The notes below the pieces were generated by a model. That model had not been told where the DNA came from. It was given only the letters and a program-made list of their open reading frames with translations, and made no database searches. Positions 13,348 through 29,276 of a stretch of 64,000 nt of DNA are shown piece after piece. Source of the stretch: Octopus sinensis (Eukaryota); the NCBI RefSeq assembly GCF_006345805.1, contig NC_043001.1:77934001-77998000 (forward strand). The letters run 5' to 3'. Numbering within the stretch: position 1 is the stretch's first letter; every line of letters begins with the position of its first letter. The translations under genes and the position numbers were made by a program.

Positions 13348-15734
13348 TCATGTATTCACATATTTACACACACATATAAATACGCTTATATACACATATG
13401 TTTTTATAATTATATGCACACATACATAAACGTATTTACATACATATATACATGCACACACATACATATTTATAATTTATAATTTATACTTTTTTCATAT
13501 CCGCCTTGCATGTTAAGTTGCAGCTTTATTTTTTTAAAATCCTAACCGTAATTTATTATATTTAAACAGCCGCAATATTGTGCTGAAGTTAATCGGCTTC
13601 ACTTTTAATTGAATTTTTTTTTATTTGTTAATCATGTCCAATTAATTAGTTTGTAATTATTAATAATTTTCTAATTTTTTAATGTAGTCTTCTGTATTTA
13701 ATTTTGTTTTTTCGTTTTTCCAGATTAGATGGCAATTAATCATATCACTAGAACTTCGTCAATTCGCTACTATGTTTTTTCTCTCTCCTGTGTTTATACT
13801 ATACACCCGCTTACACACATTTAGTCAGAGACTCACACACATACACACTCACACATGCAGATTCACATTACTTCCTAATTCATATTCAGAGCCTTACTCA
13901 CACAGACATTCAGACTCATACAGAGATAGATATGTATAGACACACTATCTCCCAGTTTAACTAGACCATTTGCATTTTTATCGGTTATTTATTTATCTTT
14001 GGCTTTTTTTGTCTCTTTCATTGTCTTGTTTTACGTTATGGCAAAACTCAGCTTGTTTCTACCAGAACCGAAAGCTTTTGTCACAGCCATATAATATTGT
14101 AAAGTTATGTTGACCTACAATCAAATAACAATTAATATTTTTTTGGCTTTGTTGTTCTTCTTGCTAATTCTAGGTTATCTCCCACTCGTGAGCATTCGGT
14201 TATTTTTATCTTCGTATTCCGTATTTTCAAATTCAAAATTCTAATCAAGGTTCATATTATGAGGAGACATTTATTACCCTTTTATTAATGTTCTTTGCCA
14301 GTGGGAGCCACATGTATACGAATAATGTAAATTGTACTACATAACTGATTCTGTTCTTCATTTTCTAAAGAGTAGATTAGCATTACAAGGAGAGGGAATT
14401 GGCTATTATTTTCTGCAGGTTTTTGTACACTATTTGTTGAGTTTTACTTGGTGTTCTTGTAGTTGTAAGTTCCGTAGATATCCCACCAACTATGTTGAAA
14501 GATGTTCCAATCGTTAATATCCCATTATTTCCTCTTCTGCAGACACAATGCATATAGAACTAAAGTACGTTACTCAGTAAACCTATGATCAAAGTCACAC
14601 ATCACGTCTACACATTTTTGTATTATCAATACCCAAATATGTCTGTTCCTTTTTAAAGGCCTCTATTTTTAGTTGCTTTATATACGTAGGCTTTCATATT
14701 CGAATCGTAGACTGAATCAGAGCAATATAAAGTTCTTCCTGCAGTTATTATTGATGGCAAACACCTCAGCACGGCGTTTGAAGCTAATTTGTTTTATGGT
14801 TTTAATATTTTTATGTGTATCAGTTTTCCTTTTTCTAGGGTACAGAAAAGTATAATATTGCCCTTTGATTCACATTCTGACAATATTCTATAGTGTTATA
14901 TGCAATATGTTGAGTTTTATTGAACTGTTAGTCGTAGAAGGTTTGAGAAAGACAATTTAGTACAGCAATAAGTCTGTTAGTCACCATTGTAAACTTCTTT
15001 ATATCCTTCGTTGATGTTATCGTAACTAGGCCCTGAATGTAGCCAGTAATAACGCAAAAGAATCACTCTATGGACTATGATGAATTGTCGATATTTGAGA
15101 TCGCAAGCGAGAATAAGATTCCTGATGTGTCCAATATATTGCTTTGAGTTAGTATGTTGGTTTCATGTCAAGTTAGACTGCACAAATGCTGCTTCATCAT
15201 TCTGTATCTTCCACGTGAAATCTGAAAATTGAAGATGTCTTGTATACACCTTCTACTAAATCTATTATTTATGGTTGCAGTGCGGTTATGATGTTTAGTG
15301 CGGTGGCTGATTGTGAGTAATGTTCTTTGACACTATGTTTGCAACGAAGTGAGATGATTAACCTGCTAACAGGCTAAGGTAGTTGCGCAGTTTATTTCCG
15401 GTGGCGGTGTCATCTATATACGTGGATATACATGTATTATCGGAGCAAGGAGATGTATTCAGGAATAAATGATGAAATTACTGAGAAGACAGATCCTTGT
15501 ATTCCGTTTCGAAAGTTAAAAGAGATACACTTATTGCTATTGCAAGCTATGTAGGCTTAACAACGTCAGAAATACTTTGCAAACTATAAGTTTTTATTTT
15601 TTTATTTTTAGGAGACCGTAAGAAATATTTTCATAATATCGATCAAAATTGTCTATGGTTATTTTATTTATATTTGATTTTTTTTAGTTATATACAGGCG
15701 GAGGCAGATCAGTTTGGAGAAGATCACCTTGTAA

Positions 15735-16170
15735 CGACAATATGGTTTTGCGTTCAGTACCATGGCCCGGTGCCTTGGGCAAGTGACTTCCATTATAGAT
15801 CTAGTTTACCAATGCACCGTGAGTAAATGTGGTAGAGGGAAACAATGTGGAAGCCGACGCAAATATATGAATATATATGTGTGTGTTTGCGCGCGCGAGT
15901 GTTTACGTGTGTGTGTGTGTGTGAGTGTATGTATGTTTATGTGTGAGTCAGTGTCTGTCTGTATGTATGTGTGTGTCTGTGTGTTTGTGCTTCTTGGTGA
16001 TTGTCACCTACCATCCCTTGACAGCCAGCTTTAGCTTGTTTACGTCCCTGAAATTTAGCCGTTCGGCAGAAATCTTAAGGGAAGCACAAGACTTTAAAAA
16101 AATAATAACTGCCTTCACAATATTCAATCCAGCATGGCCGTACATCAGTGAGTGAAAAAAATAAAAGATA
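15735..16170 (+). mobile_element. Old CORE-type SINE copy with internal (TG)n
   Basis: GTTCAGTACC..CCTTGGGCAAGTGAC head/core, internal TG repeat, CCAGCATGGCCG tail. Confidence 0.6.
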
Positions 16171-16853
16171 AACAATAAAAGTTCTATAAAATATGAGGAA
16201 ATAATTTTTCACTCTAAAGAAAATAAAAGTCACTTCAGTACCAATATATACATATTTTATTAGAAGCTGACACTTTTAGACAAAAAATGTCCATAAGTAT
16301 GAAAACAATACATGTATCGATAAGAAATCTATTTTACATAAATTTACTGAAAGCCAATCAGTGTTTCAATTTTTGGTGTCCGTCATATTTATTTTAGCAG
16401 TTGTTTGGTTCCTGCGTTATAACATATTTTAGGATTCCACTGTTTGATTTAACTAGCAACAGTTAACTATAGTTTATCGATGTCACTAAGGTAACAGTTT
16501 TGTGTAATGGAATAGAAACAGCAACGATACTGTGATTAGGATATATATTCATTTACGCTGTGGATGTATATGCGTATACAAACGTATATATACATACATA
16601 CATATATATATATGTGTGCGTGTGTGTGTGTTTGTGTGTGTGCGTGTGTGTATGTGTGTGCACGTATGCAAGTATATTGACATGAATGTATTTACGTTGA
16701 TATTGTTTTCAATTATTTTTAGATCAATAAAAATAATTAGATATACTCATATATAATATAAACAGGCAAACAGCTGTATACATGCATGCAGACACATAGG
16801 CACACACACGCACACACACACAGACATAGATATATACATACATGCATATATAC

Positions 16854-16898
<45 letters not shown>

Positions 16899-17437
16899 TA
16901 ACAACAAAAATATATTTCTATTTGTACATATATATATATATATGTATACATCTTTATATATATATATATATATGTATATGTATAAAATTTCATATAATAT
17001 TTTATTTTGCATTGTATTATACGAGCAATCGATCTAAGTTTTATTGCTTATGACGTCTGCTACTCATTTATTTATCAGAAATAGCTGTCATACGTTTATT
17101 TACGAGTGAATACTTCTGAATATATTTATATTCAACAACAATCTTGGTTGTAAACTTTGGTATTATAAAATATTAATTAACGGTTTCTTCAGAATAGTTT
17201 AAAATGTTAATATCGATGACCATTAATCAACATTTATTAAAATGTGCATCTATATTTTTAAGAATATACGTGAGTACACACACACATACACTTTTAGATA
17301 TATGTATATATATGTATACACACACATACACTCATATTTATATATATATATTAACGTGACTGTAGGTAAGTATATCATTAATGTATGTAACACAGTGCAA
17401 ATATTATCTTGTATAGAACTCATTGGGTTGTGTACAG

Positions 17438-17476
<39 letters not shown>

Positions 17477-17668
17477 GCATACACGGACATATGTACATTA
17501 ACGTGACTGTAGTTAACTATATCAATAATATATTTAAAATAGTGCAAATATTATCATGTATAAATCTCATTACATTGTGTAGAGTGTGTGGTTTGTGTGA
17601 GTGTATTATGTACATATACACATACACAAACTCGCACACATGCACACACATACACGCATACACACACT

Positions 17669-17740
<72 letters not shown>

Positions 17741-18691
17741 TAGTTAGAAATATACATACAAATACCTATCTCGGTCTTTATATACCAATTTATATATTGG
17801 TATAATTTAACAACGTGCTGAAGAATTACGAAATCCTTCAATTTAGAATACCCATTAATTTTTACAACGTTTGAGTTTGTTCAACAAAGTATGGGTTACT
17901 TATATTTCTTTCTGTGCATATATATGAGTACACATAAGTATCTTTATATTTATATAGGTTTATACCCTTATATCTAATTATAGACACATTTATCTATGGA
18001 AAATACGTTATTTTGTTGCATTTATCTACGTATAGAAACATGTAGAATATAAATAAAAATAGCTCAGACAGAAATAGATTAAGTAAAGAAAGATATATTT
18101 ATAATAAGGATTTTCTGAATCCAAATCATCCGAGAATATACAGTTTCAAATTATTTAACCGAACGCTAAGAGCATCACAACGAAATTGAATTTAATTGGT
18201 TCTATGCTATATGAAAACCTACATAGCTATTGACAATCTTCTGAACCCTAACATAGCAAAAATGCAATCCTCATATACAAAAGGTATCTTGAGAATAAAA
18301 CAATAGAGTTGGTTACACTTCTCTGCGAAGCCAGGCCGAACACAAAGATCAAACGAAAATAACATGTTTTGCCACACCGTTCGAACGACATCCAACGATC
18401 GTAGAATTTATGCCGAAGTTGTTACTGTTTTTCCCACTACCTACAAAACCACTATTGCTGTCTACCTAATCAGACAAAAATCTCATACTTGTTATTCAAT
18501 CTACCAAAAAGTGATCTTCAAAATTCGCAATAAAGACAGAATATAACAAAACTAATTACTCAGTGTTGAAGGCGACCAAATCCAAATTTCGAAGTCCATT
18601 AAAATGATTAATCAATTCTAAAATGTAACATAACAGAACAGAATATGTATATACATACAGACATACATACATATATACATACATACATATA

Positions 18692-18742
<51 letters not shown>

Positions 18743-19045
18743 CAATATATATATATTATGTATACATACAAATACACATGCATACACGCACATACACACA
18801 TACACCTGTAGTATATAGATAGGGTTATAATCATAGGTGTGTCCTCATGAAGCTGATCGCCATATTCTAGTTATCCAAAGCATAATTGTAGTTCCCTACA
18901 TTTATGTGAAAGTTGAAAATACAGGAGAATATTTTAGAAAAATATATATTAAAACAGAAAAATATGTTTTTAGGTCATTTATTCGTTATTGCATATGTTT
19001 CATTAGCTATGGAAGTTATATATATATATATATATATTATATTAA

Positions 19046-19352
19046 ATTAGAGATACAACCACTATTAGGCAAATCAAACAGTGGAAAACATAAGCCAATA
19101 CATAAAATTAATTTTAAAATATAAAAGTTAAAAATAAAAAATTATTTAAATAATTTAAACTTATAAATTTTATATATACAACTATATATATATATATATG
19201 TATGTATATTTTTATATTTATATATTATTTTATTAATTAATTAATTATTTATTTATTCATTTATTTATTTTTTTAATATTTTAAAATTTATTTTATGTAT
19301 TGGCTTATATTTTCCACTGTTTGATTTGTCTAACAGTGGTTTTATCTCTAAT
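19046..19352. repeat. AT-rich imperfect inverted repeat; arm family also seen at 21668-21745 and 32619-32695
   Basis: ATTAGAGATACAACCACTATTAGGCAAATCAAACAGTGGAAA is mirrored by TTTCCACTGTTTGATTTGTCTAACAGTGGTTTTATCTCTAAT. Confidence 0.7.
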
Positions 19353-19438
19353 ATAATATAATATAATATATTTATACTATAAAGTTGGATTTAATCCTAA
19401 ATCTAATTTTTCCCTGTAAGTTTGGATTTATTCCCTAA

Positions 19439-19474
<36 letters not shown>

Positions 19475-19494
19475 ATATATATATATACATACAC

Positions 19495-19575
19495 ACTTTA
19501 TTTAAAAGCAGCAGAAATGTAACAAAAGCTGTTACTGGGCGTTTCACGTTCCCGTCGTCGGACAGTTTTGTTGAA
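19495..19575 (-). mobile_element. PLE-type terminal fragment with a decayed hammerhead-like motif
   Basis: Minus 19529-19565 reads CTGT-CCGACGA-CGGGAACGT-GAAA-CGCCCAG-TA-ACAG (stem I CTGT/ACAG). A related end is at about 660-725. Confidence 0.45.
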
Positions 19576-19882
19576 ATAGAAGCGAAATAAGAATTTGATC
19601 AAAACTAGCTAAATGATACACCTTTAAAAATGGATTCGTTTCATTGGTCCTTTCAAATAACGGTCATAGGCAAGCGATAAACAAAATAATTTATATATGT
19701 GTGTGTGTGTGTGTGTGTGTATACAACATGCAACACTTCTGCTAGTGATTCATGCGCCCGAGGTTTAAAATAATAAAAAATTACATTGGGTTAAGCAATA
19801 ATATATATCACAGTTCAACCCAACGTAAATTGATATCAGTTTAATTTTTAATCTCATCAAATTCTAATAGTTGTCTTACACG

Positions 19883-19921
<39 letters not shown>

Positions 19922-20305
19922 TTGTAACTCCTGTTGGTAATGAAACACATGTAATATGGAATAAAAGAATAAATACCACGCATTTCTATATCATTACACG
20001 CAACAATACACACACTAACACACACACACACACACATACTCAGACACGTACACATACACATAGACAATTTAACATTTTTAACATAGAAATACGTAATACA
20101 TAAAAAATACTTGAGTGAAATTTTTTAAAAGTAACAATACAAATAAATTATAAATTGCAAAGCTCAAAAGGAAATGGAAGATGCGAAAAAACTAAAATAA
20201 ATGTTTCGGTTCTAGCCACTAGATGATATGTAAATCTAAGTATGTGGTTATATGCTTAGAGCTGTATCATTTTAAACTATATTGGTCAGAATTTCTTCAG
20301 GATAT

Positions 20306-20915
20306 GGCGGCAAACTGGCATAAACGTTAGCGCTTCGGGCGAAATGCGTAGCTGTATTTCGTCTGTCATTACGTTGTGAGTTCAAATTCCGCCGAGGTCG
20401 ACTTTGCCTTTCATCCTTTCGGGGTCGATAAATTAAGTCCCATTTACGCACTGGGGTCGATGTAATCGACTTAATACCTATGTATGTCCATGTTTGTCCC
20501 CTCTATGTGTAGCCCCTTGTGGGTAATAAAGAAATAATTATTTCGTCTGCCGCTCTGCCGCTCTGTTCTGCCGCTCTGTTCTGAGTTCAAATTCCACCGA
20601 GGTCGACCTTGCCTTTCGGGGTCGATTAAATAAGTACCAGTTACGCACTGGAGTCGATATAATCGACTTAATCCGTTTGTCTGTCCTTGATTGTCCTCTC
20701 TGTGTTTAGCCCCTTGTGGGTAGTAAAGAAATAGGTATTTCGTCTGTCGTTACGTTCTGAGTTCAAATTCCGCCGAGGTCGACTTTTCCTTTCATCATTT
20801 TGGGGTCGATAAATTCAGTACCAATTGCGTACTGGGGTCAATGTAATCGACTTAATCCGTTTGCCTGTCCTTGTTTGTCCCCTCTATGTTTAGCCCCTTG
20901 TGGGCAATAAAGACA
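20306..20915 (+). mobile_element. Trimeric tRNA-derived SINE flanked by a 15-bp TSD
   Basis: Head GGCGGCAAACTGGCA (A-box-like) and GAGTTCAAATTCC (B-box-like). Three roughly 190-200 bp units, each ending CCTTGTGGG.A.TAAAGA. TCAGAATTTCTTCAG at 20286-20300 matches TCAGAATTTCTTTAG at 20916-20930. Confidence 0.85.
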
Positions 20916-21742
20916 TCAGAATTTCTTTAGGGTTTTTTATGAGCTTATAGAACAAAGGTTAACATATGTCTTGAAAGGATGCATACAAAATGGTAATTAG
21001 GTTAATAAGTTAGATCCTATATATAATGTGAATGTTTCTAGGTGGTGAATTATAGATATTAGTGAAGATGCCATATAGTTAATAAAGTAAATAAGAATAA
21101 ACAAAAATAAATAAAAATAACCTAAAAGAATAAGGGTAAAGAAAGAAGATAAGGAGAATAAGAATAAAAGATCAATAATAAATATAAATTAATGAAATAT
21201 ATATGTATGTAAAATATATATAGTATCAAATTTAAATAAAATGAAAAGAATAATACTTAAATATGCGATGGAAAAATGATATAATGTATGATAAGTTAGA
21301 CGTTGAAAATTATTAGTCAAAGGTTATATATAAAATAAATTATCTCTATTGGTTTGTTAATAGATGCACAATAATAATATATATTACTACAATAATAGCT
21401 AAATATGTATAACTACAATAATCTTTAACATGTCGCCGAGACTTTTCGTTACATGATAGTAATTAACCAGTGGAAATCTTTGGATTATATAATCCCTAAA
21501 TTGACTATATATATATATATTCATACATATGTACGTATGTATATATGTATATGTAAATATATATATATATATATATATTTACATATACATATATACATAC
21601 GTACATATGTATGTATGTATGTATGTATGCATATATATATATATATACATACATACGTTCATATATATTATTTATTAAAATTTTATGTATTGATTAAGTC
21701 TTTCCTTGTTTGTTTTGCAAAATAGTGGTTTTGTCTCTAATA

Positions 21743-21781
<39 letters not shown>

Positions 21782-22310
21782 CAATAATAACTGTATAATA
21801 TATATCATAACAATAGTAATTTATATTCTCCGATTTAAGGCGACTTATGTATATATATATTCCATAGTCGCTTTATCTCCGTAACTTAGAAAGCCTTCTG
21901 GTTTGTCTACAAATGATATATATATATATAACATAAACATGACAATATTTAATAACCATTATTAAGAAAAAACAAATACCTTACCCAATGTACAATACAA
22001 ATTATGAGTAGCCTAAGCATGATTATGAATACATTATCGAGCATGCAAACTTCAATACAAACACTACACTCGAAATCAGAAACACACCACGCACACTCAT
22101 TGAAACGAACGGTTATATATAAAAACAAAAACAATAATCTGAACCTATTTTAAGACCAAGCCCAAGTTCGGACAGCGAATGGGGTGACATTAGGTCAACT
22201 GCAGTTAGGATCAACAGCAGCAGAAGTCAAGAACAGATGAGGTTAACAGCACATACCTATAAATAACGACACTCCATCCCCACAGAGCACTAACTAAGAA
22301 AAATTTATCA

Positions 22311-23449
<1,139 letters not shown>

Positions 23450-24005
23450 ATAACAATAGTAGTTGAAATAGTGGTAATAGTGTGGTTAGTTTCGATATCA
23501 ACAAGGAAGACAGCGATATAAACACAAAATAACATAAACAATATTAGCAACAACAATACACACAGAAACACAGACGCGACGACGACGACTGCTAATATCC
23601 CAGAAGGGACAAGCAACCAAACAGAAGCAGGACAAAGATTTTGGAACAGTACATTAGGATACCTATAAGAGAGAGAGAGATGGAGAGAGAGAGAGAGAGA
23701 TAAAGCCAGAGCTATTCGATAACAAAATCAGAACGTGGGTTGCACAAACTCATCAGAAAATGAAATATACACGACAAGAGGAGCCAGGTGGGATACAGAG
23801 TTATTGAAGAGGTCGTAGGACGTGTGACACAGAAAATAAGAGAATAATATTAGAGAAGCTGAAGTGTAGTCGAAACATATGTGCTTAACTGTCCAAGTAT
23901 GACCAACCCTTAAGTATAACAACATCAGTTTCAACGAACGATTTCACATCAAGAATCTTGGAAAACAACTTCATGAACGTGTGTGTGTGTGTGTGTGTGT
24001 GCATG

Positions 24006-24077
<72 letters not shown>

Positions 24078-24166
24078 GGAGAGTGAGAGATGTATATATA
24101 CAAACATGTGCGTGAGTGTTTAGGTCTGTATGTATGTGCATATAAATATGTAGGTACATATATATG

Positions 24167-24210
<44 letters not shown>

Positions 24211-24679
24211 ATGGTTTAAGTTTCACTGATTATGTGCATGACTGCATCTATATGCAAATACGTGTGTGTGTGAGCAAGTGTGTGTTTTTGACCTAAACTA
24301 CGAACGTGTTCGAGTCTATATCAGTTTGAGTTAAAAGAACGCAAGTTTTAGTTAAAAATTAAAGTTTAAATATTGACGACTCTGTGTACATACGTATACA
24401 TACATATATATAGTGAGATATAAAGGTAGATAGATACAAACATCCGTACGCACACATATACATACATATATACATGTATATATGTATGTACATTTATATA
24501 TATATTTATGTATATGTAGATACATATCTCTCTCTTAACTTCGAAATATGGCGTGAGGCAGAGAAAATCTAGTAAAACGAGATTAGATTAGTAGATTACT
24601 ATTGTCCGCCATATCTTCTCGCTTCTTCATAATCATGTGAAAACATATAGCTTTCAATATATAATATATATATATATAT

Positions 24680-24750
<71 letters not shown>

Positions 24751-24835
24751 AGATATAATATATATATATGGATATATATATATATACATATATACATACA
24801 TCTATTATATATATATATATACATATATACATACA

Positions 24836-24881
<46 letters not shown>

Positions 24882-25904
24882 CATAATACATACATCTATA
24901 TATATATTTATATATATGCACATATATACACATATGTATATGTTTGTATTTTAAGTGATATTGCAACAGTACTTATTCATCGATGTATTTTTTCTTACTG
25001 TCTGTTCATATCTGCCTTAATCTCCATCACGTTAACCTTTTAAGGCATCTTCTGTGTATGTGTGTTTATATATATACATGTATGTGAATACACAAACACA
25101 CACATATTCACAGACAAACACACTCGCACACACTTATATATATATATATATATATATATTATTACCATATTTGTTTCTCTGATCTGCCCGTCTGTGTACA
25201 CAGTCACACACACTCACACACACACACACAAGTGCATGCATGCATGCTTGCATTCAGCCATATGTATCTGTGAATTTGGGCGCCCGGCTTCACTTCTATA
25301 TGTGTATACGTGCCTGTTCATGTGCGTTTACGTGCCTGTTCATGTGCGTGTGCATGCGTTTATGCATGCGTGTGCGTGTGTACGTCTGTGTTTGTTTTGT
25401 TATGCACAGACAGGCAGATCACAGACCTAGATATGATGTGATGTTTAACAAACACCTAGCAGCTAATATTGCACTTTACTCGAATTTATTAAATTGTTGA
25501 TAGCTCTTTATCACTGCCGTTTGTTTTGTTTTGTCTCGAGTTGTTTTTGTTGTTCATATTACTTGCGTTTAGAGACACGTTTCTTGATGTTCATGTTGTT
25601 GAGGTTGTTGTTTGTTCTTCACTTAGCCGTTACCGATTAGCTTCCTTCCCCATATATCTTTCGTCTACTTTCTTCGAATTGTTAATTTATTATTTTTTTT
25701 TCTTTTCCATTTTCCTTCTCATTTATTCCGCACTTACACTGCAACCACTGCTGTTTCCCCTCTTCCCTCTTCCTCCTCTTTCTTTGTTCCTTCTTCTTCT
25801 TCTGCTTCTGTGCCTTCTGTAGTTTCCTCTCCCTCCTCCCTTCTTCATAATCCACTCCTCTGCCCCCTACCCGTCCTCCCCTCCTATTTCTCCTTCTCCT
25901 CCAC

Positions 25905-26056
25905 CACCACTGCCGCCGCCGCTACTACTACTATTACTACTACTAGTAGTAGCAGTAGAACAACCACAACAACAACAACAACTACTACTACTACTACTAC
26001 TACTGCTGCTGCAGTGCTGTTGCTGATACTGCTGCAACTACTACTACTACTACTAC

Positions 26057-26092
<36 letters not shown>

Positions 26093-26111
26093 AACAACCA
26101 CAACAACAACA

Positions 26112-26155
<44 letters not shown>

Positions 26156-26170
26156 TGCCGCTGCTGCAAT

Positions 26171-26217
<47 letters not shown>

Positions 26218-26225
26218 TTACTACC
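25905..26225. repeat. Compound trinucleotide microsatellite (CCA/GCC/CTA/CAA/CTG/GTA)
   Basis: Direct reading. Confidence 0.9.
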
Positions 26226-27111
26226 ACTTCCTCCTTGTGTTCTGTGTCTTGTTGCGATTGTGCTTGCAATTATTCGCATTCACCTCATGATGAACTCGAA
26301 GTGAATGGTTATAGTTAAAGACGGAAGGGCTATGAATTCCATCTATGACCCTTCAGGCGTATTTGAGAATACATTTTATACTGTGTTCCTTTCTTTCAAC
26401 TCAGTAATCATATTTATTTGAGTGCGATGTGACTGCTATTTCTAACAGGTCGTGCGACATACTTAGCACTCCGTCCACGTCCATGACCACACTCTTTCAT
26501 TTCTCCTGTTTTCTCAAATGCATTGCTATATTGAATTACATTGTATATTTGCTCGGAGTTCAAACCTTGCAAGCATCGTTTATTATCTTTTTAGTGATTC
26601 CGCCGTCTTTAATATAAGTCCTAATCAGGCTAATATCCAAATTATTCCCGGAACACCTGTTCCAGTTAGTGTGCGCATAACGGAAATCAATGCCCGTCCA
26701 AGGATAGATACTGTGTCCTGTTTGAGATGCCATGTCTGGAGTATTTGCTCACCGAGAAGTAATATTTATCCTCATTTAAACCTGGATGTTCCATTAGAAC
26801 AAAATTTATTGCGGTATATACCATGAAAGAAACGCACATATTGTCTTTTGGTGGAAGACGCACTCAATTTTGTATAGACGAGAATTTTACATTCGTCCAA
26901 ATGTAAAAATCTTATTACTTAATTTCTCCATCTGAAAAATTTCTAATAGGAATTACCTTTCATGTCTCTTTAATATGTTAAATTCTGTAATTCCTATAAG
27001 CAAATGAAACATGTGTGATGTGAATAAATAATACCAAAAATTTTTCCAGTTTCGTGCTTTCATATATACATATATATATAAATATATATATATATATATT
27101 CACATATATAT

Positions 27112-27510
27112 TCTTTTACACTCTTAATTGTTCACTTTGGACATACTAGAGCACCGCTTGAAAGAGTTTTAGTCGAACAAATCGACTATTCCAGGATTAA
27201 TTTTTTGTAAGCCAAGTAATTATTCTATCGGTCTCTTTTGCCGAACAGAATGACGGGGACGTAAACACACCAACATCGGTTGTCAAGCAATGGTGGGAGG
27301 AAAACAGAAACACAAAGGCACCCACACATAAGTACATACATATACATGCGATGGGCTTCTTTCAGTTTCCATCTACGAAACCCACTCACAAGGTTTTAGT
27401 CGGCCCGAGGCAATAGTAAAAGGTAATTGCCCAACGAGCCATGCAGTGGAAGTTAGCTTGGAATCATGTGGTTGGGAAGCAAGCTTCTTACCACACAGCC
27501 ATCCTACTCC
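27112..27510 (-). mobile_element. CORE-type SINE copy
   Basis: Reverse complement matches 1337-1822 (CCACACAGCC end, TTTCAGTTTCCATCTAC, GAGCACCGC). Confidence 0.8.
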
Positions 27511-27539
27511 AGTATATACACATATGTGTGTGCGTGCGT

Positions 27540-27755
27540 GCGCGTGAATGGAGTCGTGTGTGTGTCTCTGTCTGTGTTTGCTTGACAACAGGTGTTCGTG
27601 TGTTTACACCTCCGTAACCTAGCGGTTCGACAGATAAGTCTAATAGAATGAGTACCAGGTTTACAAATTAAGTATTGGTATCAATTCGTTCGACTAAAAT
27701 TCCAGAAGGTGGTACCCCAGCAGAACGGGAGCGTAACGACTGAAACAAAAAAAAA
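27540..27755 (+). mobile_element. CORE-type SINE 3' half
   Basis: GCTTGACAAC..GTGTTTAC..CGTAAC.TAGCGGTTCG..GACTGAAACAAAA. Confidence 0.7.
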
Positions 27756-27787
27756 CAGAAGTATATGTGTGCGTCTACTTGCGTGTT

Positions 27788-27951
27788 TACCTACCTACCT
27801 ACCTACCTACCTACATACATACATACATACATACATACATACCTACCTACCTACCTACCTACGTACCTACGTACCTACGTACCTACTTACTTACCTACCT
27901 ACCTACCTATATACCTACATACCTACCTACCTACCTACCTACCTACTAACA

Positions 27952-27983
<32 letters not shown>

Positions 27984-27984
27984 C

Positions 27985-27985
<1 letters not shown>
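27788..27985. repeat. (TACC)n/(TACA)n microsatellite
   Basis: Direct reading. Confidence 0.95.
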
Positions 27986-28019
<34 letters not shown>

Positions 28020-28061
28020 CATGTGTGTGTATAGAGAAATATATATGTACATATATAAGTA

Positions 28062-28092
<31 letters not shown>

Positions 28093-28494
28093 GCACACAA
28101 CCGCACGCGCATACACGCGCGCGCACACACATATACACACACACGCATGATACTTCTGTTTTTATCTCATATCTATATTGCATGATCCAACTGTTCTCTG
28201 AATGATATGATTCCTCAATCATGTCGATTCGTCTTAATATCTAATATCATTATATAATACTCTTAAGTTTGAACTGTTAATAACTACATTCTGTTCTCCT
28301 TCTTCGTGAGATATGAACTTAAGTTCCGTGACTAGATATTAATAACTATTAAACCCAATAATACAATATACTGATGCAAATTATAAATCTACAGCATCGC
28401 ATACTAAAGTACTGCAAATTGACAAATTACAAAACTAGATTACAAGAATCATACCAAGTTTAGTACTGACTTCAATACTACGCACATGTGGTTT

Positions 28495-28716
28495 TCTTAT
28501 GGCTAAGAAATTCTTTTTCCAGCCATGCACCTTTGGGTTCGGTCCCACTGTGTGGCACCTTGGACGCATGCATCTTCTAACATAGCCCGGGACCGACAAA
28601 AGCATTGCGGGTGAATTTGGTTGACGGAAACTGTGTGGAAACCCGTCGTGTATACATATATACATACATATGTGTGCGTGTGTGTGTGTGTGTGCGTATG
28701 TATGTGTGTTGTGTTT

Positions 28717-28777
<61 letters not shown>

Positions 28778-28810
28778 CCTGAGTGTGTGTCACCACCGGT
28801 TGTCAACGTA
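28495..28810 (+). mobile_element. CORE-type SINE 5' part with internal (TG)n
   Basis: GGGTTCGGTCCCACTGTGTGGCACCTTGG..GACGGAAACTG..CCCGTCG, then a TG repeat. Confidence 0.7.
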
Positions 28811-29231
28811 ATCTAGATGTCCTCGTAATCTAATAATCTTAAGGTCCAGCCTAAGAGACCATTCTATAAGTACCAGATTAACGGAAATGAATTACTGGGA
28901 TCTATCTATTCGGCTAAACCTTTCCAAGCTCATCATGGTTGCAGTCCAGAGACAGAAACAGGTAACAGACACAAAATAATGATATGTTCTAAGTTAATCA
29001 TTAGACCATCAATCATGTGATATTATGTAAAACTTCACTGTAATTACACTAATGATGTATATATTGAAAACATCGACCAACACACACAGATAATATCATT
29101 GAAATGTTTAGCGTGACTTATCAGCCTTGGCTTATAATCAGGCGTTGCAGCCGTAAGAGTTTGATAGATTTTACTTTTGCTGGTAAATCATTCAAATCAT
29201 TAGTTTATCAGATTTATTGGCAGGACAATGC

Positions 29232-29276
<45 letters not shown>

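Noticed and set aside
17300-17585. Diverged tandem duplication of about 150 bp (ATTAACGTGACTGTAG..GTGCAAATATTATC)
   Set aside because: Real but ordinary local duplication with no structural or coding feature.
25810-26304. Poly-T/L/V/Q/S ORFs on both strands
   Set aside because: Compound trinucleotide microsatellite that is open in several frames; no flanking unique coding signal.
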